A stretch of DNA of 64,000 nucleotides from a virus. The notes under the pieces were generated by a model, which was not told the DNA's origin, ran no database searches, and saw only the letters and a program-made list of their open reading frames with translations. A program made the position numbers and the translations under genes. Where the stretch lies: IMG/VR virus record IMGVR_UViG_3300030099_007635, positions 1-64,000 of that record. One strand, written 5' to 3'. Shown one piece after another: positions 42,992 to 52,326 of the stretch (positions are counted from its first letter, which is position 1; the number at the start of each line of letters is the position of its first letter).

Positions 42992-44020
42992 TCAAGAAGA
43001 ATGTGCTGGACATCCTTGATAATACTTCATTTCGTAACCTCCCCCCTCAGGAACTAATTCCTCGGTAAACTCGTCCTCAAAGTATGAACCTATTTTCTCC
43101 TTGTTATTGTTCCATACCTCGTAAAAGAAAAAATCAAACTTCATCGGACAGTGCCACTTGGGAGATCCATCAAGTTTTAACTCTCCCTTTTCTTTAGCAA
43201 ACCCACACAGTAACTTACCACTGAAGGAATTATCCTTCGGAAAACCTTGGTGAGCAGCAAAGTTTTTCTTTGCGTCTTTTTCTGAAAAGTTATCTAGATA
43301 TTTTTGAATCTCAGAAAGCTGTAACTCAAAACCTTTGAGTTCATCTTCTTCCAAAGGTTTCATTTGAACTATACCCGACTTAGGTGCGTTAAGGTCTAAG
43401 TCGAATTTAAGGAAGAGGAACTCACTCACTCTTTCTGAATATTCGGGGAAGAGATTTTTCACAGCTAAACTATACATTAAATCTTGTAGATTATCTGTAG
43501 CATCTTTTCCCTTAAATACGTCCTTGCTGGTCTTAAAGTCCCTTATCAATGCAAACTTTTGTTTCTTGTATAGGAATAGTTTGTCAATAAAACCTCTGAT
43601 TTTATATTTTATATCTCCATCTACCTTGATAATATCAAAATCTTTTTCTGAAAATTCTTCTGTAGGCTTATCTAAGTCTTTACCAAAAAAATCATACGAG
43701 AGACCATTAAAAATCATCTCCTTCATTAAGTCTACATTTTCGCTATCGTCTATTCCCTCACGAATAGCGTGTTTTAGGATTAATCTCTTAATAGATTCTA
43801 CTGCGAAGACATCCTCATTTTTAATAATTTTATTATAGTATTTTTTTCTTTTGGGAACTCCCAAGACCTCAAAAACCAAATGACAAATGGAACCTCTTCT
43901 TGCTCCATCGTTGCTTTTGTCAGGTAAATGAAGCTTATACTTACACCAATAAAGCCAAGAACAAGACTGGGCAGTCTTAATTCGGCTAGCTGAAAGGGGT
44001 GTTTGAGGATCAGGCATCAC
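42992..44020 (-). CDS. PD-(D/E)XK RecB/Cas4-like exonuclease
   Basis: LSASRI....C.W.Y, G...H, RGFIDK, DFKTS, Q..MY, C-terminal Cys residues. Confidence 0.8.
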   Translation of the reverse strand: MMPDPQTPLSASRIKTAQSCSWLYWCKYKLHLPDKSNDGARRGSICHLVFEVLGVPKRKKYYNKIIKNEDVFAVESIKRLILKHAIREGIDDSENVDLMKEMIFNGLSYDFFGKDLDKPTEEFSEKDFDIIKVDGDIKYKIRGFIDKLFLYKKQKFALIRDFKTSKDVFKGKDATDNLQDLMYSLAVKNLFPEYSERVSEFLFLKFDLDLNAPKSGIVQMKPLEEDELKGFELQLSEIQKYLDNFSEKDAKKNFAAHQGFPKDNSFSGKLLCGFAKEKGELKLDGSPKWHCPMKFDFFFYEVWNNNKEKIGSYFEDEFTEELVPEGGGYEMKYYQGCPAHSS

Positions 44021-45077
44021 TAAGTATTAAGGCCGTCTGTATTTCTTTCTTAGTGAAGCAGGATGGGTTGTTTTTAACAAAATCTAGAATGTAAGCGAAT
44101 TGTGCGGCCCTGTCGATGTCTCTAGTAAGCCAGTTATTTAGGTTATACCCATCCAAATGAGCATCACCAAAATCATTATAGGGTTTTGGTGGAAATTTTA
44201 CAGTCAAACTGTCTAGATCAAAATATTTCGAAAGTTTAATAAAGCTTTTTATTCCTGCAATAAATCCTCTATTTTCCCCACTACCCTTATCGTTATTTGT
44301 TGAAATATATATATGCCGAATAGAGTGAGCACTAAGATAATTAATAATGTTGTTGTTAACAGATAAGCCAAAAATGACCAAAACATTTTTGATACCTTGT
44401 TCATAAAGAGCCAGCGCATCACCTATACTTTCTACTAAAATAACTTCTTTTTTTAATTTTATTTCTTCATCTACCTCAGTCTTTTTATTTAAAGCGGGGT
44501 AAACCCAATTGTTTCTTTTTCCTATATGCTTCCATTTAGGATAATTGTTATCCTCATCCACCTTTCTTCCCGAAAAGCCAATGAGTTGGGTGTGTTCATT
44601 ATAAATAGGAAATACCATTCTTCTATACATTTTGCCTACACCCGCTAAGCCTACCTGAAACTTTTGTTGTGTTAGCTCTGATATGTCCTTTTTCTTATAA
44701 AAGTTATAATTAGGAAAGAGTTTTTCCAAAGATTCTTCTGGATAAATTTTTTCCATTTCTATTTTTTCTGTTGGGGAATAAGTTATTACGTTTTCTGTAG
44801 AAGACTTCCCTAAAATTTCTGTAACCTTAGAGGAGTCTTTAACAGTTAGTTGGACAAGGGCTTCAAACGGTTTAGATCCTTTGTTTTCCACAAAATCCAT
44901 CCAAACACCTGTATTTTTGTATATTTTTACAGCGGTTTTATTGTCTCCGTCTCGATATAAAGCCTGTGTTCTCCAGTGGTCTCCACAATCAATTAGCTGA
45001 TAGCCTATTGACTCTAGAATCCCCTGAAAGTCTTCAGAATTGATCGAAGTCTGGGATTGTCTCTTGGGTTCCTTCAC
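44010..45077 (-). CDS. DnaG-like primase (TOPRIM)
   Basis: R.VFPI......IGFSGR, PKW, VILVES..DALAL...G, DFGD. Confidence 0.8.
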   Translation of the reverse strand: MKEPKRQSQTSINSEDFQGILESIGYQLIDCGDHWRTQALYRDGDNKTAVKIYKNTGVWMDFVENKGSKPFEALVQLTVKDSSKVTEILGKSSTENVITYSPTEKIEMEKIYPEESLEKLFPNYNFYKKKDISELTQQKFQVGLAGVGKMYRRMVFPIYNEHTQLIGFSGRKVDEDNNYPKWKHIGKRNNWVYPALNKKTEVDEEIKLKKEVILVESIGDALALYEQGIKNVLVIFGLSVNNNIINYLSAHSIRHIYISTNNDKGSGENRGFIAGIKSFIKLSKYFDLDSLTVKFPPKPYNDFGDAHLDGYNLNNWLTRDIDRAAQFAYILDFVKNNPSCFTKKEIQTALILSDA

Positions 45078-46551
45078 TATCTAAATCCTCCTCTCCATCA
45101 AGCATCCTTGCAATATCTCTTAAATCTCCCCTTTCTGTAATATTAAAATTATTAAAATCTAAATTAATAGCATTCTTGCGGAGAGCATCTCCAATTCTTA
45201 CTGGTTCAACCGCTCCAGCTATATCACTACCTAAGTGTCTCGATTTAACATTAATTAGTTTATGTGTTCCAAATCTTCCACCCTCAGTCTCAATCTCATC
45301 GTTAGTTTTGTTCCTTAAAATAAACATGTGGGAGCAGAACTGAGTAATACGGTCAGACAGTGAAACAATAGACTCATCGTCTACTATGTTCTGAGAGGTT
45401 CTATTATTGGTAATTCCATACCTATTAGACTGGACAGAAGTAATCATTGGGATAATAGGATTTCCATCATGTAGAATTTCTTTTTGAACACACTTTTTAA
45501 ATTTATCTACCATTTCTCCTACCACTTGCCATTCTGATTTGTTTGAAATGTTTTCCGAGGTGGTCTTGATATAATCAAAAGAAAAGACCATGGGATTCCC
45601 ACGCCCAACTTTGGCATAATAAAATCTCTTGAGAGTGTTAACCATGGAATCTACATCCAAGCCACCAACGTTATAATAATAGAATTTTAAGTTTTTAACC
45701 TTAGGCCAAACAGAGCGCACTTTCTCTACTACGTTTTCTCCCGCCTGTCTCCATTTACCGCTCTCTAATAGGTGCATGGAAACTCCAGAAAGAGCAGCAC
45801 ATTGACGCATAATAAGCTCCTCCTTGCTCATTTCACCGTTATCGAAGTGTAATACAGGAACATCATACTGAAGACTGACCTTTGTAGTGTAGTCCATGCA
45901 GAAATTTGTTTTTCCGACTCCAGAGCGAGCCACAATAACGGTAATATTACCAGCGCGAAGAAGAGACCCATAAATTTCATTAACCTTGGGGTGCGGCCCC
46001 ATCATTCCAAATTCTGTAACAGGATTATTGCCACGATCTTCAATGATATCCTCCATCTCCTCGTAAATATTCTCAGGAGAATCATTGCCCATCTCATAAA
46101 GATTAATACGAGAATTGTAGGTATTGTCGGCGGCTTCTATAATTGAGCGATAAGATGCCTCAGGAGGCATATTCTTCATCTTCTTGGCAATATCCTGAGA
46201 GGACTCTAAAATTTCACGCCTTATTGAATATTTTTTTAATTCTTTAGCTGTCTTGATGGCATTTCCCTTTGGGACTTTTCTCAATGCTAGAGATTTGATA
46301 TAATCAGCGGGGTTTAAATTATCCTCAAAAGACAACCCAACATCATTAACTCTTTGAGCTATGATAACCTCATCTACTTCGTCTCCAGAATCTATAGCCT
46401 GTTGAACTATGCGGAAAATAGTCGAATGAAGAGAGCTTTGCTTTGAATAAAAGTCTGAAGTTCCGATGAAGTTGGAGATTTCTGAGAGACTATCGGGTTC
46501 CTTTATGAGACCCGCTAAAAGTTGTTTTTCTAATTCAAAATTATAAATCAT
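45034..46551 (-). CDS. dnaB: DnaB-like replicative helicase
   Basis: E..LL, ARSGVGKT, EMS, DYIK, Q.NR, K.RH. Confidence 0.88.
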   Translation of the reverse strand: MIYNFELEKQLLAGLIKEPDSLSEISNFIGTSDFYSKQSSLHSTIFRIVQQAIDSGDEVDEVIIAQRVNDVGLSFEDNLNPADYIKSLALRKVPKGNAIKTAKELKKYSIRREILESSQDIAKKMKNMPPEASYRSIIEAADNTYNSRINLYEMGNDSPENIYEEMEDIIEDRGNNPVTEFGMMGPHPKVNEIYGSLLRAGNITVIVARSGVGKTNFCMDYTTKVSLQYDVPVLHFDNGEMSKEELIMRQCAALSGVSMHLLESGKWRQAGENVVEKVRSVWPKVKNLKFYYYNVGGLDVDSMVNTLKRFYYAKVGRGNPMVFSFDYIKTTSENISNKSEWQVVGEMVDKFKKCVQKEILHDGNPIIPMITSVQSNRYGITNNRTSQNIVDDESIVSLSDRITQFCSHMFILRNKTNDEIETEGGRFGTHKLINVKSRHLGSDIAGAVEPVRIGDALRKNAINLDFNNFNITERGDLRDIARMLDGEEDLDSEGTQETIPDFDQF

Positions 46552-46787
46552 TTATCTTCCTCCATTGGCTCATTTGCACCCGAGAGATGATTCTCTAGAG
46601 CCTTAGTTAAAGCAAACTCAGTCATACCACAATCAAATTTACAATATATTAAGGGCTTACCATTTTCAGAAGATGCGGCTAAGATTACCCCTTTGTATTT
46701 ATCCGCACCTCCTGATAATTCATAAAGTTTATCAACCATCTCTGTGGGTATTGAAAATTCTGAGTTGCCATCGTCTCCTAAATTCAT
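46548..46787 (-). CDS. hypothetical protein
   Basis: ORF track, coupled. Confidence 0.65.
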   Translation of the reverse strand: MNLGDDGNSEFSIPTEMVDKLYELSGGADKYKGVILAASSENGKPLIYCKFDCGMTEFALTKALENHLSGANEPMEEDK

Positions 46788-47191
46788 AGATAAATATCCT
46801 GTTTCTTAAATAATGATGCCGCAATTTCATCTTGCGGATAAACCTCTGCTAACTTTATATCGTTAGCCTTGCAGAAGTCAAGTTTCTTCTCGTCTCTTTT
46901 TAGCTGGTCGGAATATTTGAAACGATTTTTGTGAAAAAACTTAACATATTTTGTGTGTTGTGCTCCTTGAACCTCCACAGCGATTTTTTTATTAGCATTG
47001 TAAAAATCTAAAGTTAATCGGCTCCCAACAACTCTGAACTCCTCAAAAACAATATCATTCTTCCAATAAGGATACAAAAATTTTTTAACAGAAGTTTGAA
47101 ACTTGCTGCGGCTGGGTTTTTCCCAGTCTATTAAATATTTTTTTGCGTTTTTAAGGTTTCTCTCTTTGCCATATCCATCAATAAACTTCAT
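46784..47191 (-). CDS. Vsr/DUF559-like endonuclease
   Basis: LDFY.....AVEVQG.QH, RD..K...C. Confidence 0.75.
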   Translation of the reverse strand: MKFIDGYGKERNLKNAKKYLIDWEKPSRSKFQTSVKKFLYPYWKNDIVFEEFRVVGSRLTLDFYNANKKIAVEVQGAQHTKYVKFFHKNRFKYSDQLKRDEKKLDFCKANDIKLAEVYPQDEIAASLFKKQDIYL

Positions 47192-48300
47192 GCGCCTATT
47201 TGTTCCTTAAAATAATCTATTAAAAATTTACATAGATCTTTATTTTCTTCAACTGTCTTGAAGAGATTGTTGTCTCCTTGTATTTTTTCAGGAAACTCCA
47301 GATTATTGGAGTCGAGAAGCTCCTTAAAGTCTTCAGTAGGCTTAATCCAAGCCCCCTTCTTTTCTACGAACTCCCAAGCATAAAGGAGATCAATAACCTC
47401 CTTCTCGATCCAGATAGATGTGCCTCCCGTGCGCCCATAACGAATTGGGTAGGATACTGTAGTGTTCGTATTTTCATGAGCAGACTTTTTGATTGTAACT
47501 TTTGCATGATGTCCAATAATTGGATTTTTCTTGGCATCCATGGTTTTAACGGCGGGATTTTTAAGAATCAAATCTCCTTTAAAGCGAGGTTCAAACTCCA
47601 TAATGTTATTCGCAAAGTGGAGTAACGCATTTCCTCCTGTCGCTGTAGTTTGACGCACGGGTGCTTTAGAGTATGGATCTAGCTTAATGTCTGCTCTTAC
47701 CTGACTGATGAATATCGCCATGTGTCCACGCTTTCCTAGTGCAGTGCTTGTCTTTTTGCAAAAGTCAGATGCAATCACTGCTCCCCCAGCAACCTTACTG
47801 CTTTCTTCAAAATTCTTTCCAAAATCGTCTTTTTTGATTAGGCCATCTACTGAATCCAATATAAAACAATATTTAATCTTATCATCATTGTTAGTAATGA
47901 GTTGGCGAATAAGTCCCATTGCTGTTTCATAAATATTGCTTTCAAAAACAAAACAGGTTCCATCAACCCATTCTTCTGGCGTGAAAACGAATTTTACCCC
48001 AGATCTTTCTTGAACCTCAGGTCCAAGCCTACCCTCTGCTTTAATATATAGACCTCTGGATTTATCAAGGTTTCCCAGAAAGTTCTTCATTACCTGTAAT
48101 GACTCTGAGGTTTTTCCTCCCTCATTAACGCCAGTAAAACGGTGAAGCCCAGGTCCAAAACCACCTGCCAAATACAAATCTAGCTGTAACGATCCACTAG
48201 AAACCTTATATTCCACTGTCTCTTCAAAATTATAATGATCATCCTTATTTGCCTTTAGGTAATTACCAAGAATGTTTTCGGGGTTTACATTTTCACTCAT
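47188..48300 (-). CDS. recA: RecA/UvsX-like recombinase
   Basis: SSGSL.LD..L.GG, G....GKT, YI.AE, LDSV, ISQVR, GGNAL.H. Confidence 0.85.
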   Translation of the reverse strand: MSENVNPENILGNYLKANKDDHYNFEETVEYKVSSGSLQLDLYLAGGFGPGLHRFTGVNEGGKTSESLQVMKNFLGNLDKSRGLYIKAEGRLGPEVQERSGVKFVFTPEEWVDGTCFVFESNIYETAMGLIRQLITNNDDKIKYCFILDSVDGLIKKDDFGKNFEESSKVAGGAVIASDFCKKTSTALGKRGHMAIFISQVRADIKLDPYSKAPVRQTTATGGNALLHFANNIMEFEPRFKGDLILKNPAVKTMDAKKNPIIGHHAKVTIKKSAHENTNTTVSYPIRYGRTGGTSIWIEKEVIDLLYAWEFVEKKGAWIKPTEDFKELLDSNNLEFPEKIQGDNNLFKTVEENKDLCKFLIDYFKEQIGA

Positions 48301-48640
48301 CTAAAAAATCTTTTACTGTTTTTATTTTTGGGACGACAGTTTTGTCTTCGCCCACCTTTTCTCCGAAATGATAAGTCTCATATTTGGATAAATCAACCCT
48401 AAAGTTGAAAGCTCTGAATTTTTCATCTAGGGTAGACTTTAGCTTATCGCTTACAAGATAAGCCAGTGAGTCAAACTTCTTTGCAAAGCTGACAATATCC
48501 ATAAATTCTAGGGAATAGCGCTCACATAAATCATTGAGCATTTTCATTTCCCTAGCAAAAAAAGGTCTTCTTCCTTTATCGGGAACTTCCAATAAACGAA
48601 AAATAATCTCTCTTTTGTTTGGACCTTTAGACTTTGCCAC
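48293..48640 (-). CDS. hypothetical protein
   Basis: ORF track, coupled. Confidence 0.65.
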   Translation of the reverse strand: MAKSKGPNKREIIFRLLEVPDKGRRPFFAREMKMLNDLCERYSLEFMDIVSFAKKFDSLAYLVSDKLKSTLDEKFRAFNFRVDLSKYETYHFGEKVGEDKTVVPKIKTVKDFLDE

Positions 48641-49695
48641 TATGGATACATAACAGGTCCAGCATCCCTGTCAACCATTTTTTTCACAAGCTGTATAAAG
48701 TTGCAGGTAGGTTTCCATCCTAATTCTTCGCGAGCTTTTGAAGAATCTCCAAGTAATAAATCTACTTCCGCTGGCCTATAAAAATCTTTATTAATTTCTA
48801 CAAGACAATCGTTGCCGTGAAAATATTTCTCATTAATTCCTTTACCCCTCCACTCAGATACCGATCTATGAAAACCAACAAAATTAAATGCTTCTATTAC
48901 AAACTCTCTTATTGTGTGTGTTTCATTGGAAGATAAAACATAATCTTTCTCTTTTCCTCTTTCTTGATTAAGCATTAACCAAACGCCTTTAATAAAGTCT
49001 TCTGCATCGCTCCAATCTCTTCGTGCATCTATATTTCCCAATTGTAGAGGTTTGATGACTCTGCCTGTTTCAAACTCTTTAAGAATTCTTGCTACATTTT
49101 TTGTTATTTTTCTTGTTACAAACTCCTCTCCTCTTCGCACTCCCTCATGGTTAAATAACCATCCCTGAACGGCATAGATATCATAAGAATCTCTGTATAC
49201 CTTGACTAAATGCCTAGCGGCGCACTTAGATGCTCCATACGGACTTCTGGGGCGCAATGGGTGCTCTTCTGACTGTGGAGATGTAACAACATCCCCAAAT
49301 TCTTCAGAGCTTCCTGCGTTGTAATATCGACAATGTGGAGCATGACGACGAATAGCCTCTAGTTGATGCAAAACAGCCATACAGTTAGTTTGCATATGAT
49401 TGAAGGGCATGTCCCAACTGCTACCAACAAAGGAATTTGCTGCAAAATTGATAAAGTAATCGGGCTTGTGTTCCGATATGACTCTTTCTGTGTTTTGTGG
49501 GTCTGAAACATCTAAATCAATAAGAAAAAATCTATCGTTACTTTCTAAGTGTTTTATATTTTTATGATTCTCAACACTTAACCTTCTTACTCCTCCAATG
49601 ATTGTGTGTTCCGTATTTTTAAGAAGGTAATCAGCCATCAAGCTACCATCTTGACCTGTAACTCCTGTAACAATTATTGTTTTAATTTCAGACAT
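48640..49695 (-). CDS. gmd: GDP-mannose 4,6-dehydratase
   Basis: TGVTGQDGS, PRSPYGASK, LFNHE..RRG..FVTRKI, LGN....RDW, RPAEVDLL.GD. Confidence 0.92.
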   Translation of the reverse strand: MSEIKTIIVTGVTGQDGSLMADYLLKNTEHTIIGGVRRLSVENHKNIKHLESNDRFFLIDLDVSDPQNTERVISEHKPDYFINFAANSFVGSSWDMPFNHMQTNCMAVLHQLEAIRRHAPHCRYYNAGSSEEFGDVVTSPQSEEHPLRPRSPYGASKCAARHLVKVYRDSYDIYAVQGWLFNHEGVRRGEEFVTRKITKNVARILKEFETGRVIKPLQLGNIDARRDWSDAEDFIKGVWLMLNQERGKEKDYVLSSNETHTIREFVIEAFNFVGFHRSVSEWRGKGINEKYFHGNDCLVEINKDFYRPAEVDLLLGDSSKAREELGWKPTCNFIQLVKKMVDRDAGPVMYP

Positions 49696-50599
49696 TTTCT
49701 AAATACCAGTTATAAGTTTTTCTTAATCCTTCACACAATGTAGTTGTAGCTTTGAATCCTAAAAGCTCTTCTGCTTTGCTTGTGTCTAGACAGCGCCGTG
49801 GTTGACCGTTAGGTTTATCACTGTCATATACAATTTCCCCATCAAACCCAACTATCATTGCTATTTTTTTAACTAGGTCTTTGATTGTGATTTCAGAACC
49901 AGTTCCAATATTGATGGGTTCAGGATCGTCATGTTTATCCAAGGCTAGCTCGATAGCCTCTGCACAGTCTCCCGCATACAAAAACTCTCGCGAAGCGCTT
50001 CCATCACCCCAAACTTCTACAGAATCCAGATTGTTTACTTTTGCTTCGTGTAGTTTTCTAATCAAAGCAGGTATGACATGGGAACTGTCGAGGTCAAAAT
50101 TGTCATTTTCTCCATACATATTAACAGGAATGAGATGAATGAAGTTATCACCATACTGGTCATTGTAAGCCTTACAGCCAACTAATAAACTTTTTTTAGC
50201 AATACCATAAGGAGCGTTAGTTTCCTCTGGGTATCCATCCCAAATATTTTCCTCCTTAAAGGGAACGGGTGTGAATTTTGGGTAGGAGCAAACACTACCT
50301 AACGTAATTAATTTTTTGACTTTCACATGGTTAGCCATGGCTAAAATATTTATGCTCATCATAGAGTTCTTAGCAAAGAAATCTGCTGGAGATTTTTGAT
50401 TAGCTCCTATTCCCCCACAAACAGCAGCTAAGTGAATAATTGCCTCTGGTTTATGATTTGATAAATAATTATAAAGGTGAACTATGTCTTGCACGTTTAG
50501 CTCAGAGCTATTGGGTGTTAGTAGCTCATGCTTGTCCTTTAATCTTTCAACTAAATGATGACCCAAAAAGCCATGTGATCCTGTAATTAATATTTTCAT
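49688..50599 (-). CDS. fcl: GDP-L-fucose synthase / epimerase-reductase
   Basis: AA..GGI.AN, GS.C.YPK, TN.PY.IAK, SHVIPALI, WG.G...REF, DKPNG.PR. Confidence 0.92.
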   Translation of the reverse strand: MKILITGSHGFLGHHLVERLKDKHELLTPNSSELNVQDIVHLYNYLSNHKPEAIIHLAAVCGGIGANQKSPADFFAKNSMMSINILAMANHVKVKKLITLGSVCSYPKFTPVPFKEENIWDGYPEETNAPYGIAKKSLLVGCKAYNDQYGDNFIHLIPVNMYGENDNFDLDSSHVIPALIRKLHEAKVNNLDSVEVWGDGSASREFLYAGDCAEAIELALDKHDDPEPINIGTGSEITIKDLVKKIAMIVGFDGEIVYDSDKPNGQPRRCLDTSKAEELLGFKATTTLCEGLRKTYNWYLENV

Positions 50600-51423
50600 T
50601 TTAAAAAGTCTGCCAAAAGTGAGTCGATGGCCTGTTTGTAATGTGAATATGGGCGTGGTGCTATAAGTTCTGTGTAGTGTCCATTTTTTAGAGCTTCGGG
50701 GTCATAGTTGAACTTGCCACCGCGAAGGTGTAATCCTCTGTCAATTCTTCTGGGTAGCCACTGTTTTCTGAACATACCCAATTTAACAAAGACACTATCA
50801 TCTACGTTTTTAGAATAACTATCAATGCAATGTGAGGCGTAGCATTCATCTAATCCCCATAGGTTAGGCGGTAAGGTATAATTTCCTCTGTGTGAAAACA
50901 CTTTTGTTATTTCATCTTCCCATCTATCTTCTATGTTGAATATTTTTTTAAATGTAGAACCTTTTGCGGAAAGATGGGAGGTAGGGTAAAATGCATGAGG
51001 AATATTACTGTGGTATCCTAGAGTGTCAGGCGTATAGCCTTCGTAAGCATCATCAAATCCAATTACATATTTTTCTTCATCAATATCTTTTAACAAATCA
51101 AAATAAAAATCAGAAAGATCTATCTCGTCTATTCCTGAAGTAACACAAACATCATTTGGAAATTGGGAAGCTCCCCACTTTAACGCCCAAGTTACAGACC
51201 AGTCTGGTTTTGCAGAGACTGTTACCGCATCTACTCTGTCAACTCTAATGATGTCTCCATGATCCTTAGAGAGATTGCTATCACTAAGCTCTTCTGCGCT
51301 TCCTACATAAATTAGAGTAGGACGCAAATTGAATCTTTCGTTCCAAATAGGAGAAAAGATATTCCAAAAATCCGCATAAAGAGGATTACTGTTTAATGTT
51401 GTTATGATTCTATCTACTTTCAT
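50596..51423 (-). CDS. putative glycosyltransferase-like protein, paralog of 61224..62018
   Basis: NSNPLY..W, TSGIDE, KGSTFKK.FNI, WGLDE.Y. Confidence 0.5.
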   Translation of the reverse strand: MKVDRIITTLNSNPLYADFWNIFSPIWNERFNLRPTLIYVGSAEELSDSNLSKDHGDIIRVDRVDAVTVSAKPDWSVTWALKWGASQFPNDVCVTSGIDEIDLSDFYFDLLKDIDEEKYVIGFDDAYEGYTPDTLGYHSNIPHAFYPTSHLSAKGSTFKKIFNIEDRWEDEITKVFSHRGNYTLPPNLWGLDECYASHCIDSYSKNVDDSVFVKLGMFRKQWLPRRIDRGLHLRGGKFNYDPEALKNGHYTELIAPRPYSHYKQAIDSLLADFLK

Positions 51424-51823
51424 GTTCTTTAATCCTTATTCTTAATAATGAAGAAGAATAGTTATGACTTCTGTTATTGTATATTATTTGGTGATTTCTT
51501 CCATCCAAATCCTTGCCTGTAAATTCCTTGCCGCGCCAATCTTGGCCCACAAACCTAAAGTCTAGGGGCAGAACAGTTAATAGCTCTAACAAATCTTTTT
51601 CTGTCTCGTAGGGGATTATCTCAGATACAAACTTGACTGCGTTAAGCTGAATGTATCTCTCCACAATTGATTGAATTGGGATGTTTTTTTCTGGCCTTTC
51701 CGTATTCGGGTTTAAGTGAAGACCAACAATAAGCTTGTCGCATTTAGTAGCACATTCTTCAAGCATTAAAATATGACCAGTGTGTAAAAGGTCAAAAGCT
51801 CCAGCCGTAAAGCCAACTTTCAT
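51410..51823 (-). CDS. cytidylyl/adenylyltransferase (TagD / HldE C-terminal family)
   Basis: GAFDLLHTGH, ER...L, G.DW, R...YSSS. Confidence 0.85.
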   Translation of the reverse strand: MKVGFTAGAFDLLHTGHILMLEECATKCDKLIVGLHLNPNTERPEKNIPIQSIVERYIQLNAVKFVSEIIPYETEKDLLELLTVLPLDFRFVGQDWRGKEFTGKDLDGRNHQIIYNNRSHNYSSSLLRIRIKEHESR

Positions 51824-52326
51824 TATATAGTTGAATGAAGAAAAATTTGATGAAGGCACTCCACTATTCCATAGTCATCGGAGTCTACCCAGTAATTAAT
51901 TGAAGCTGTGTTTTCTGCTTTTTCCCTTAAGGTGTTATTTTCATTAAAACCAGTTAAAACAACATGTTTTGTTTCTACATCTTGGCAATATTTAAGGCAA
52001 TTAATAATATTTTTTGATTCTCCAGAAGAAGAAATTAATATTACCAAACTTCTTGGGCGCTCAAGTTGTGTTAAAAACATTGCAAAAGCCTCATCTTGAC
52101 CATAATCATTAATATAACATGTTAATCTTGACGGGTCTGAAAAAGAGATAGCTTTTTTACCCAGCACCTTGGTATAATCTTGTGCAATATGTGAAGCGAT
52201 TGAATTGCTACCCCCATTGCCTAAGATAATTATCTCTCTGTGATCGTCCACTAGAGATTTTAAGTTTTCACATAGTGTTGTTTCTTCTAATTGAGCGAGA
52301 AGATGTCGTAATTTTTCTATATTCAT
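51823..52326 (-). CDS. gmhA: SIS-domain phosphoheptose isomerase
   Basis: GNGGS...ASH, NDYG, ISSSG.S.NI, VE..H. Confidence 0.8.
   Translation of the reverse strand: MNIEKLRHLLAQLEETTLCENLKSLVDDHREIIILGNGGSNSIASHIAQDYTKVLGKKAISFSDPSRLTCYINDYGQDEAFAMFLTQLERPRSLVILISSSGESKNIINCLKYCQDVETKHVVLTGFNENNTLREKAENTASINYWVDSDDYGIVECLHQIFLHSTI

Noticed and set aside
42992-44020. Cas4 as evidence of CRISPR-Cas
   Set aside because: Sits in the replication operon; stand-alone RecB/Cas4-like nucleases are common in phages
39049-48300. Inteins or introns in dnaE, dnaB, recA
   Set aside because: Proteins are of normal or short length; no C...HN splice motifs or LAGLIDADG inserts seen
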